Shown: piece after piece, positions 1-11,340 of the stretch
Position numbering within the stretch: position 1 is the first letter of the stretch
Layout: each line of letters begins with the position of its first letter
DNA from: Histomonas meleagridis 2922-C6/04-290x
Lineage: Eukaryota; Protista; Parabasalia
DNA length: 64,000 bases
Direction of reading: 5' to 3'
Assembly: GCA_020184695.1 (NCBI GenBank)
Contig: JAANOX010000280.1
Coordinates: 434,001 to 498,000 of the forward strand
Notes under the pieces: generated by a model
The model's input: only the letters and a program-made list of their open reading frames with translations
What the model was told of the DNA's origin: nothing
Database searches by the model: none
Made by a program: the position numbers and the translations under genes

Positions 1-1217
1 ATCGGATATTTATTCATTTTTTTTAAAATTTGTTTTAAAAGTATGATGACTTATAAAAATGTTCGGAAATTATTTCAATTATTTAATACACCACTTATGT
101 GGGCATCATGGCATGGTTACACAAAGGTAGTTAAACAACTACTTGAAAAAGGCGTCAATGTGAACGATAGAAATATTTATTTTTTGAATACAATGTTTTT
201 TTTAATAATTCGAGATTTTACAATGATATTTGGTATATATTTTAATAGTTTAAGACTGCATTGATGTATGCAAGTGAGCATGGTTATTCAAAAATTGTTA
301 AAATCTTCTTAAATACTGAAGGAATTGAAGTTGGTGCAAAGGATTTTTATTCAATATTATTAAAAATAATTTCATTAATTTTATGCTTTCATATGATTTT
401 TGGAGATTATTTCAATTTATTGGCACAGTACTTTCTTATGCAACAGAAACCAATCGTCCCGAGATTGTGGAATTACTACTTAACCCAGCATCTAAAAAAG
501 ATAGAAGCAAGAATAATAACAAGATGGCTCCTCTTCAGAAGGTAATCGATAGTGATTCTGATGATATTTGTTTGTTATGTTTCATGTTAATTTTAGTGAT
601 TTCATATTTCAAAATTTCATTTGATAATTATTTTAATTATTTGAAACTAAATATACAAAAGCATCTAAAGAGAGTACCAAAGAAACTAGTAAGTCTACAA
701 CCATTACAAATGAACTTGATTTCAACTCAAGAAATATTTTTTTGTTTTATTTCATATTGATTCAAAATAACATTTGGTAATTGTTTGATTAATTTGAAAC
801 TCCGTTACTTTTTGCCGCAAAGTATAATTATCTCAATTTAGTTAGAGCTTTACTCGAACTCGAATCCATAGAAGTCAACACGATGAATATTTCTTTTATT
901 TGTCTGACGTTTCAATATATTATTTGGTAATTGTTTTAATTATTTAAAACTGCGCTCATGTTAGCAATACAAAACCATAATACAGAAATAGTGAAATTGC
1001 TACTTGAATATGATGCAGATATTCACATTCTTGATATTTATTAATTTTGCTTGGTATTTATTTAAAAAATTTGAAATTTCAACATAATATTAGGTGATTC
1101 ATTAAAAATTATAAAAATGTACTCACGCTTGCAAGTGAAATTTGGGCTATTGATATTCTCAAGCTACTTATCGAAAAAGCAGAAAATCCATCGTGTACAA
1201 ACATCAGAAAGCTATAA
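1..1217 (+). CDS. 3' part of an ankyrin-repeat gene, with cassettes interrupted by 57-77 nt spacers (5' end outside the window)
   Basis: Open cores at 88-177 (TPLMWASWHGYTKVVKQLLEKGVNVNDRNI), 255-347, 425-568, 646-738, 799-891, 949-1038 and 1116-1217 (ends TAA). Spacers are 11-87, 178-254, 348-424, 569-645 and 1039-1115 (77 nt each), 739-798 (60 nt) and 892-948 (57 nt). Confidence 0.75.
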
Positions 1218-1500
1218 AAAAATGCAATAATTCAAGATCTTATTCATCAAAAATGTTTTATCTATATTAGAAATAATCAAGATCTTATGTATGAAAAAAA
1301 TTAAAAAAAAAAAAAATATTAAATTTATGGATTCAATTTTCATCCAAAATCCGTAAATAATGTTTTTACATATATATGCTTTCTTCTTCAATAATAGCAC
1401 TATAAATTATGGTATGAATTGTAAAGTACACGTTAAAACAGCACTTTATCATCATTACAAGAAGTTGATTCATTATTTAATGAAATCTCAATATTAAAAG

Positions 1501-2245
1501 AATGAATACGTAACATTTGCAGAACTTAAAAGCCATAGAGATACTATGGAAGATTCATTAATCGTGTTTCCTAATATTAGGAATTCCCAACTTTGATTTG
1601 TTTTGTGTTTGATGGACATGGACGAAGTTATACTTCTACAATTTGCTCATATGAAATTATAAAATATTTTCAATCATGTGATTTAGCAGAAGATGAAATC
1701 ATTAAAAAATTCATTGAACAATTTTTCGAATGTATATTACTGAAATTAAAAGAAATGAATGTTAAAGATGGTTCAACTTTAGCTTTAACATTAGTGTCTA
1801 ATAATGAAATCATAATTTCACATCTTGGCGATTCACGAGTTTTATTAGTTGAAGAAAATGGTGAAAGTAGACATGTAACAATCGATCACAAACTTGATGA
1901 CAAAAATGAGATAAAACGAATATTAAAGGAAGGAGTTAAAGTTCAAAGGAGAAGAGTTAGCGGAACACTATCTATTACACAATGCTTAGGCGATTTCTAT
2001 ATACCTGGAATAGGTAGAACACCAACAACAGTTAAACTGGAGTTAACACATGAAGATAAATGGCTGATTTTGGATGCGACGGATTATTCGATTTGATTAC
2101 AAATGAAGAATTTGCTAAAATTGCAATGAAGGCTGATAATCCGACAGAATTGGCTTACGATTTGAGAAATATAGCATACCATAGATAGAGCCCTGATAAC
2201 ATATCGGTAATTGCGGTGGATTTGCAAAAGAAAAAAACTATTTAA
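1501..2245 (+). pseudogene. PP2C-family protein phosphatase, disrupted
   Basis: Motifs FDGHG, HLGDSRVLL, DHK and GTLSITQCLGD; LGCDGLFD is recovered after a frameshift near 2070, and DNISV is present. There are frameshifts near 1590 and 2070 and an in-frame TAG at 2186-2188. Confidence 0.7.
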
Positions 2246-3021
2246 TGTATTTGAATGTGTAAGCGAGTTGTTGTTTTCTGTTTCTATTATATATAAATTT
2301 ATTCTTTAATGTTAAAATATTTATTTATTGTTGAATATTCGAAACACACCGCATTCTGTCAAAGCATATGCTTATTTACAATTAACGAATAAACTTATTT
2401 ACTAGCACACAATATTTTTGTATTCTGTTAACGTTTTAATAATTTTATTTATTCTCAATGAGTTCTTTTTTAAAATTTCTTATTGTTTGCTTTGCTCATC
2501 GAACAACGCGAAGCTTATTCTTGTGAAATTCCGATACTAAATATTCAATTGAAATTGTGAAATTGTTAGCGGAAATGAATTTATGATTATATGTATCTCT
2601 TGGTTGACTCAGTACAAAAATGATAGCAAATTATTAGTTCAAGCAAGCTTAATCCAGTTGGTGAAAATAAAACGCGGCCGTTTAGAGGAGTACTCCTCAA
2701 AATTCTAATGCGTCATTGCCGTTAATTGTGTAGAAGTGAACTTTTTGAGCGTTTTTCTTTCATTTGTCCGTTAATGTTGAGCGATATCACTTTCTTTCTT
2801 TCATTTTTTTGTTGTTTTGGCAATTGAAATGAGGGAAATTTCTGTCACTTTTCGATAAAAACATTACGTTTTCAGCTTTGTAAACAGCTTCCGATCGCAA
2901 AAACAACAAAACATGCATCAACAAAAGTTAAATCAATGAACCAACGAAAACGCGGCGCGGTTGAAACTCTCTGTATCGTTTTTGACTGATTTATTAGCAA
3001 GTTTCTCAAGTTTTCTCGCAA

Positions 3022-4689
3022 ATGTGTTCTTTCTTTCTGGTTTTACCCATGTGTTTCTTTTGCTTATTACAAACCTCTCCAAAAAATTCAGGTTCAAAGA
3101 TTTTTAGTGATCAATTATCTATTTCTCAAACTCTCAAACATTCTCCTTATTTCACTTTAGAATCCAAAGGGCATACATGTTTACCTATCTCAGCCCATAA
3201 CAAGGAGTGTGTATCCATTAAAATCACAAAATTTATTATGCAAACAGCGAATGAATCAAATACATTTAATTATATCACAGAAGAATATCAGCATCATTCC
3301 CCTTTATTAAAGTTACCGATATCATATGTTAAACATTATTTCAAATTCTTTTCTTTGACATTTAATCATTTTTCATTAAAAGCTCATTTACCAATTTCAA
3401 TGAATAATAATTTCATGAAGAAAATGTTCAAATTCAATGAAAATGCTCAAGTTCTAACGTATAACTTTTTTATTTTGGGATTTTTTTTCTTTTATGAAAT
3501 CAAATTTTTAATGAATAAATTGAAAGCAAACGAAAAGAAAAAACAGAAAAATATTTTAATTTTTGTTATGTTTTTCATGAACTCTTATGAAATATTTTAT
3601 GAAAATACTTCAACACTTACAATCATAAATTCAAATGAATTTAATGAAATTTCTCAATATAAAAATATAACGAAATATATAATTATCAGTGAAAATATTT
3701 ATGAAATTCCAGGCAGTTCATTTACAGAATGGTCTTCAGTTGTTTCAGTTGATTTTGGTAATTCAGTCACAACTATTGGAAGTTATGCATTTTCGTCATG
3801 TTCTAAATTAGTTACGATTATAATTGGAGAAAATGTTACAGAAATTGGTGGTTCATCATTTTCAATGTGTTCATCGATCAAAAACATTACAATTCCAAAT
3901 TCAGTTACAACAATTGGAAATTCAGCATTTTCAATATGTTCTAATTTAACTTTATTAACACTTGGCTATGGAATAAAAGAAATTGGAGGTTCAGCATTTG
4001 GTAATTGTTATAATCTTGAATGCATTTATTATTATGGAGACACCGAACCAGAAATTAGAGTAAATGCATTTTTTAATGTATCAACAAGTGTTATCACATA
4101 TCCAACATATGTAGGAAGTAAATTTGGAAATTTAGATGTTGCCAAAGACAACACAGAAGGAACATGCGAACCACTTCTAACGCATTCATTTAGTCAGTCA
4201 AATACATTTACTGCATCACTTCAAAGTGATATTTCATTATCATTTTCATACACATTAACAATTACATTATCAATTACACATTCATTAACTATTTATGAAA
4301 CAAAAACGAAAACATTTTCATTATATATAAGTAATTCGACATTTTCATATATTGAAACAGAATTTATTTATTACAATTACACAATTGTTATTTATTCGAC
4401 TTATTATAATTATTATTCCAATTTCTTTACAATGTTTTACACTTCCGATGAAAATTCACCAAATGGAATTACGACAAATGCTTTGATTGGAATTATTTGC
4501 GGATCATTTGCATTTGTTTTGATCATTGTTGGAATTGTTATATTTTTAGTGAAAAGTAATAAGAAGAAAGAAAAATCGAATTCAAAGTTACAATTTAAGG
4601 ACACGACAACGTCAAGTACAAAGCAAATCGAAGAAGTAAATAGTTTAGTTGAAGATATTGCGAAAGAAGATGAAGACAATTGGCTATGA
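3022..4689 (+). CDS. BspA-like (TpLRR) surface protein with Ser/Thr stalk, TM helix and cytoplasmic tail; conserved core starts near 3568
   Basis: TpLRR repeats (FGNSVTTIGSYAFSSCSKL, IPNSVTTIGNSAFSICSNL), SFSQSNTF stalk, TM helix ALIGIICGSFAFVLIIVGIVIFLV, tail ending EDNWL. Confidence 0.85.
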   Translation: MCSFFLVLPMCFFCLLQTSPKNSGSKIFSDQLSISQTLKHSPYFTLESKGHTCLPISAHNKECVSIKITKFIMQTANESNTFNYITEEYQHHSPLLKLPISYVKHYFKFFSLTFNHFSLKAHLPISMNNNFMKKMFKFNENAQVLTYNFFILGFFFFYEIKFLMNKLKANEKKKQKNILIFVMFFMNSYEIFYENTSTLTIINSNEFNEISQYKNITKYIIISENIYEIPGSSFTEWSSVVSVDFGNSVTTIGSYAFSSCSKLVTIIIGENVTEIGGSSFSMCSSIKNITIPNSVTTIGNSAFSICSNLTLLTLGYGIKEIGGSAFGNCYNLECIYYYGDTEPEIRVNAFFNVSTSVITYPTYVGSKFGNLDVAKDNTEGTCEPLLTHSFSQSNTFTASLQSDISLSFSYTLTITLSITHSLTIYETKTKTFSLYISNSTFSYIETEFIYYNYTIVIYSTYYNYYSNFFTMFYTSDENSPNGITTNALIGIICGSFAFVLIIVGIVIFLVKSNKKKEKSNSKLQFKDTTTSSTKQIEEVNSLVEDIAKEDEDNWL

Positions 4690-5421
4690 ATAAAATGTGT
4701 AATAATGAAAATTTTTTGATTTAATTTTTATACAAATTAAGTGTTGTCATATAAAATAAAATGAAATCATATTAACGATCATATCATTTTGACTTTAAAA
4801 TGTTTTGAATTAGTTTATTTGATTATGGAATTTTAAATTTTATGATGTTTAAATAGTATCACTGACTTTAAATATAATAATGTAAATATTGTTGCACAAC
4901 GATCAATAATTTTGAATTATGATTGTGTTTACATTAAATGTTAGCTTTTGAATAAAATTGGATAAACTTTAATTGAATTCATTATTCTCAAAATCTAAAA
5001 ATATTTTATAGATTGAAGATACAATGTAATTGATTTCGGACATAAAGAGCTCTTAATCTTTTGTTTATTTCATATAAAATCATAAATATTCAAACAAGAA
5101 ATAGCTGAATTGCCAATGTTATAAAAAAGTATTAATTTTATGATGATGGAAACATCTTAGATAAATGAACGGCACACCAAATTAAAGCATAAATTTAGTT
5201 CTATAACATATATTCATTATGTTATTTAAAAGTGTATTTATAATGTTATAAAGCTGTTTCTTTGATTGTCGTTTTAAAAGATCGATTCAAATATCTCAAA
5301 ATTGGTTTGAAAAACGACAATAAAACAACAGGTTTTTAAAAGTTTAACCGTGAGATTTTAAACTTTTGAGATAGCCGATGTGTAATTGGTGAAGGTCTAT
5401 ATATATATTACAAGCTGAAAA

Positions 5422-7294
5422 ATGAGGATCTTTCTTTTATTCAGCATTTCGATCATGATGAAACGATTTATAACCGATACAAAGCTTATTACACCTTATG
5501 TTGTTCAAAAAGAAATATTACAAATACAAAACCACGAAAACATGAAAAGTATGACTTACAAATGTGATGGGGATGTATCAATTAATGAAATTATGAACAA
5601 AAAATTAAAAAGATTTAACAATAATTATAAAGTTTTGATAAACAAATTATTTTTAAATTTGATACCATATAATGAATCTACAATAGTTGTACATCAGAAT
5701 TTTAATAACAAACGAAAAATTCAAAGAACATATTTTTCAAACATTTTGGAAAAATACTTTGAAATTGATATATTTGTCAAAAATGGTATATTTGATAAAT
5801 CATACAACAAATCTTATGAATATGTATATCCTATAAAACGTGAATTTTCACATTTTTTGATGATGCGAAACCACAACGAAGAAGGACCAAACATTTTGAA
5901 TGTTTTACATCATTTAACCATCATTTTTTCAATTACATTTCCGGTTATTTATATCAAATTTTATCAGAAAAACACAATTTCAGTTCAGAAAATATTAACG
6001 ACCAAATATACATTGAAAGTAAAAGATAAGAAAAAAATTGAAAATATTTTAATTTTTGTTATGTTTTTCATGAACTCTTATGAAATATTTTATGAAAATA
6101 CTTCAACACTTACAATCATAAATTCAAATGAATTTAATGAAATTTCTCAATATAAAAATATAACGAAATATATAATTATCAGTGAAAATATTTATGAAAT
6201 TCCAGGCAGTTCATTTACAGAATGGTCTTCAGTTGTTTCAGTTGATTTTGGTAATTCAGTCACAACTATTGGAAGTTATGCATTTTCGTCATGTTCTAAA
6301 TTAGTTACGATTATAATTGGAGAAAATGTTACAGAAATTGGTGGTTCATCATTTTCAATGTGTTCATCGATCAAAAACATTACAATTCCAAATTCAGTTA
6401 CAACAATTGGAAATTCAGCATTTTTCAATATGTTCTAATTTAACTTTATTAACACTTGGCTATGGAATAAAAAGAAATTGGAGGTTCAGCATTTGCAATT
6501 GTTATAATCTTGAATGCATTTATTATTATGGAGACACCGAACCAGAAATTAGAGTAAATGCATTTTTTAATGTATCAACAAGTGTTATCACATATCCAAC
6601 ATATGTAGGAAGTAAATTTGGAAATTTAGATGTTGCCAAAGACAACACAGAAGGAACATGCGAACCACTTCTAACGCATTCATTTAGTCAATCAAATACA
6701 TATGCACAGTCAGATTCAATTTCAATCTCAGCATTATATTCATTTAGTCAATCGAATACATTTTCTATTTCGAATACATTTACTGCATCACTTCAAAGTG
6801 ATATTTCATTATCATTATCATTTTCATATACATTAACAGTTACATTATCAATTACACATTCATTAACTATTTATGAAACAAAAACGAAAACATTTTCATT
6901 ATATATAAGTAATTCGACATTTTCATATATTGAAACAGAATTTATTTATTACAATTACACAATTGTTATTTATTCGACTTATTGTAATTATTATTCCAAT
7001 TTCTTTACAATGTTTTACACAGATAATAATGATAATCAAAATAACGATAATAAAACAACGATTATTATCATTTCTGTTTGTGTAATTGTTATAGTAATAG
7101 TCATTATCATATTATTAATTATATTAATGAAACATATTCGAAATAAAAAAGAAGAAATTTATGAAAATGATAAATCAGAAGAAAATGAAAACGAAACGAC
7201 GAATACATTTACTACTGGAATAAGTAACATAAATATTGCAGAAGATCCATTTGCCGAAGATTTTCAAGAAGAAAAATTTATTGAACAAATATAA
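5422..7294 (+). CDS. BspA-like paralog (tandem duplicate; 3 single-base indels relative to copy 1)
   Basis: About 6040-7015 is near-identical to about 3547-4440. Indels lie near 6421, 6470 and 6497. It has a different TM helix and a tail ending DPFAEDFQEEKFIEQI. Confidence 0.75.
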
Positions 7295-8494
7295 TTTTCA
7301 ATATTAGATATTTGTAAATTTTGTAATGATAATTATAAATATTATATGAATCTTATGAAATCAAATATTTTGATGATCCATAACATTAATGCATTACATC
7401 TTCTTAAAAATAACTTTAAAATTTTTGTAATGATATTAAATGGATATGATCAAATATCTTTAATACATTCAATACGATGAATAATGATGTATAAATATCA
7501 AAGAACATATGGCTTATTTACATCACAAACTATAACTTTCACACTTACACTTAATTAACATGGAACTAATTATCAATCAATCAATAATAAAAAAATAAGT
7601 GCCAATGGTAAAATAACATATTCAAAATTAAAAAGTAAAGCGAAAGTAATAAATCAATTCATAAATGATGAAGTAAATTAATGCTATAAATAAAAATGAA
7701 AATAAATTTAAAAATGTTTATTTATTGTAAAACTATTTTAGAAATGAGTGTTAAGAAGCATAAAACCATAATGTGTATAATGTAAATCCAACATTCCGTT
7801 TAAATAGATTTAAAAAATTGAATAGTTTCAAACATCATTAAAAATGCAGTAAATTGATTTAGAGTCAATGAAAAACAACTCGAAGAAATATTACGTTGCA
7901 ATTATTTTTTTGATTTTGTCATGAATATAATTTATAATCATTGAATATATTCATTTTTGTGTTATTATTTACCTGTTGGTTTTATTTGTGTTGTTGTTTT
8001 AATAAAGAGAACTCATTTATAAGAAGACTAAACTATTGGGAGACCGAAAAAACAAATTCAAGAAATAAAGTTAAACATTCCAAATGTCACGAATGAAGAA
8101 TGTTTAAAAGATAAAAATTAGTTCAAAAATTCTGAAAGAATTTAGTGGAAGATTAAATTTTTTTTGAAATAGCACAAGTTTTAATTATAAGTAGTAACAA
8201 TGAAGAAGAAGCTATAAATTTCCTTCATACAATGATTTGATATTAATAACCATTAAATAATAACTCCAACATAAGTTTTTCAAATTAATTTAACTATTCT
8301 TTTATTTTTTTTGCAAAACGTTAAATCACTTCAGGTGTATTTGTTTATAGACATGTGACATGAAACTTTTTTTTTAAAAATCAATTGAAAAAATTAGTTA
8401 AAACAATAAGTTGAAAATATTTTCATTTTTCTGTTTGCAATAAATGCAAAATAAAACATATTTAAAGCGTTTTCTGTCATTACCTTTTCATTGT

Positions 8495-9946
8495 TTATTC
8501 ATCGAGCATGTCCTTCTCCTTCAAGTATTCATATATCTGAAGTAATCGCGTGTACTTTTCGATCCTTTCTCCGCGTGCTGTTGATCCAGTCTTTATCGCC
8601 TGCGCTCCAATCGCCACAGCCAAGTCGGCGATCACTGAGTTGCATGTTTCGCCAGACCTATGACTTACCATAACGTTTTGTCCCGCGTCGAGAATAAGTT
8701 TTGCTGCTTCCATCGCTTCGCTTATTGTACCGATTTGATTTACCTTTAGTAACAATGCGTTGCACCATTTCCCTTCAAGTCCCTTGCGAATAGTGTTTGG
8801 ATTTGTTGTGTATAAATCATCGCCAACAAGTTGGCACTTTTCGCCGATAGCCTCATTCAATTTGACCCAATGTTCGTAGTCCTTTTCATGCAATCCATCT
8901 TCGATTGAGACAATCGATGGATGTTTTTCGATTAAGTCCTTCCAATATTGTATCATTTCATCGCCGGTCTTCTTAACGCCAACTTCAACTTCATATAATT
9001 TACTTTCTTCATCATAAAATTCGGATGCTGCTGCGTCAAGGCCAATGCGAATGTCCTTTCCGGGTTCATAACCGGCATCACGTATCGCATCTTCGATGAT
9101 CGAAATTGCTTCTTCTGGTGTGTTGAGAAGTGGCGCATAGCCTCCTTCGTCGCCAAGGTTCTTAGCGGAGATGCCATATTTCTTGACAAGTAATGCCCCA
9201 AGTTTTTGATATGTCTCAGCTACCATACGAAGTTGGTCTGGATATGGAATGCCTGGTGCTGGTGAGGCCATGAACTCTTGTAATTTGAGATTACCACCTG
9301 CATGCTTGCCACCATTGAGAATATTGAAATATGGTGTTGGCAATTTGTACTTCTTGGGAAGATTATCGCCATGGTATTGACGTGCAAGGTATTCGAAGAG
9401 TTGGAGGCCTTCAAGTGAGGCTCCAGCTTCGGCAAGAGCAAATGACGTGGCGGTACATGCATTTCCTCCAACTTTTTCCTTAAGTTCTGTGCCATCGGTT
9501 TCACAAATGATCTTATCAAGGGCTTTGAGATCATTTAATGACTTACCTTGAAGAGCTGGTGAAAGAATAGTGGATACATTTGTGGAGGCTGTGATTGTTC
9601 CTTTGCCACCATAACGTGGTGATTCCTTATCACGAAGTTCACGTGCTTCATTAGAACCTGTGGAGGCACCAGATGGAGCAGAAGAACGTCCTGCTAAAAT
9701 AACTTCACCAAGATATTTAACATAAACATCGGTTTCAACAGTAGGATTGCCACGGGAATCAAGAACTTCACGACCTACAAGATGATCAATAACAGGTGCA
9801 GCAGCCTTTTGCTTAAATAAGCGGGAAAGAAAACCAAAAGCATCTTCTGGTTTTTTGTCAAGAAGTTCGTTCATAGCGTTTTGAAGAATTTCGGTGACTT
9901 GATGCTGTTTAAGATATTCAGCAGCAGCTGATTTGTTATCAGACAT
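8495..9946 (-). CDS. ENO: Enolase with an N-terminal helical (RIIa/Dpy-30-like) extension
   Basis: Motifs LDSRGNPTVE, SGASTGSNEA, NGGKHAG, GDEGG, GDDL, LLKVNQIG, SHRSGET and IKTG are intact. An extension of about 50 aa precedes the enolase core. Confidence 0.97.
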   Translation of the reverse strand: MSDNKSAAAEYLKQHQVTEILQNAMNELLDKKPEDAFGFLSRLFKQKAAAPVIDHLVGREVLDSRGNPTVETDVYVKYLGEVILAGRSSAPSGASTGSNEARELRDKESPRYGGKGTITASTNVSTILSPALQGKSLNDLKALDKIICETDGTELKEKVGGNACTATSFALAEAGASLEGLQLFEYLARQYHGDNLPKKYKLPTPYFNILNGGKHAGGNLKLQEFMASPAPGIPYPDQLRMVAETYQKLGALLVKKYGISAKNLGDEGGYAPLLNTPEEAISIIEDAIRDAGYEPGKDIRIGLDAAASEFYDEESKLYEVEVGVKKTGDEMIQYWKDLIEKHPSIVSIEDGLHEKDYEHWVKLNEAIGEKCQLVGDDLYTTNPNTIRKGLEGKWCNALLLKVNQIGTISEAMEAAKLILDAGQNVMVSHRSGETCNSVIADLAVAIGAQAIKTGSTARGERIEKYTRLLQIYEYLKEKDMLDE

Positions 9947-9950
9947 AAAA

Positions 9951-9956
9951 AAGTGA
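9951..9956 (-). promoter_or_regulatory. Trichomonad initiator (Inr) TCACTT upstream of enolase
   Basis: The minus strand reads cagaTCACTTttttATG, matching the trichomonad TCAYW initiator position. Confidence 0.6.
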
Positions 9957-10330
9957 TCTGGCCATTTATATTCCGGTTGCCCAGATTCAAACGATCAGAT
10001 TTTCACTCAATTTGAATTTTTCAATATAACGATAAAAAAATTCCCAAATTATAAAATCATTTTCTTTCATCAAATTTATTAATAAATTTTTATCGCATAT
10101 TTGAAACATAGTTATGGAATGTTTTTAATTTTCTATTGGATTTTGCTATTATTCTTCATTTATTTTTTTTAAATTAGCAAATTGAGAGAATAAAATACGG
10201 AAGTTTCATACTAAAAAACATATTATGCTGAAGATAGAAACTTTAGAAATAACATAGAAAGATAAAAAATTGGAGATAACTTCAAAAAAAAAATTTCGAA
10301 AAATAAAAAATTTATAAAAAAGTGACAAAA

Positions 10331-10813
10331 ATGACATCGGCATCAGATGCTGAATGGGAAGAATTAAGGAAAGAAATGCTCCAATTTTTCAAGGAGTTTG
10401 ATGTTAACAATACAAACCAACTTGGGCTTGAAGAAGTTGCAGCTATTTTAAAATCAGTTGGTTTAAGATGTACAATTGAAGAAGTTCGAGAAATGATAAG
10501 TCAAGTAGCTACACCAAATGCCACATCAATTGACTTTGAACAACTCATGAACATACTCAAAATTCATACACATCAAGAAGATGAAGATGAAACCATACGC
10601 CAAGCATTTGAAGCTATTGATATTGACGGCGATGGCCTCATTTCAGCCGAAGATATACAATGCTTCATGCAAAGTATTGGAGAAGATTTTGACAGAAAAT
10701 ATGCAGAAAGAATGCTCAAAGCTGCAACAGGAAGCAAAGAAACGCCAGTCGACCTTGAGCGTTATCGCCTTGTTCTTAAGTCACGCTGGGGCAAAGCCGA
10801 GCAACCAAAGTAA
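10331..10813 (+). CDS. EF-hand calmodulin/centrin-like protein
   Basis: EF loops DVNNTNQLGLEE and DIDGDGLISAED, with a calmodulin-like four-lobe layout. Confidence 0.85.
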   Translation: MTSASDAEWEELRKEMLQFFKEFDVNNTNQLGLEEVAAILKSVGLRCTIEEVREMISQVATPNATSIDFEQLMNILKIHTHQEDEDETIRQAFEAIDIDGDGLISAEDIQCFMQSIGEDFDRKYAERMLKAATGSKETPVDLERYRLVLKSRWGKAEQPK

Positions 10814-11340
10814 ACAATATTAAACATTCTAATCATAAATCCTTATTCCAAATAATGATTTTGTTATTTCTAACAAGCACTTCAGTAATAGTACTTTATT
10901 AAACTCAAATAATTTATTTTTAATATTTTTTTAAGTTTTTGTTGGTGAAATTATTATTAGTATTTTTCATTATGGGCCAATTTTTGATTATTGTCGCACA
11001 GAAGCTTTCACATAAAGCGGTTATTTTATCGGTAAAATAATAACACTATTGCTTATAAAACATTCATTAATCTTGATGATGATTTCTGAAAATCAAATCA
11101 TGTTGATTTCCTCCTTTCACGATTTGAATTGCGGGAAAGGGAGAATTGCGCAGTATGCTTTATGTGCATATGCGTTGTTGTCACATGATTTTGTTATTTA
11201 TTAAGTTGCAGCATTTTTGATCGAACAGTTATCAAAAAGTCGAATTTCACTACAACCGTTTTTTAGTGTCATTTTTTCAAAAAACGATACACAACCTCCA
11301 CATCAAAACGCATCAAATACAAATTACCATTTACAAAACA

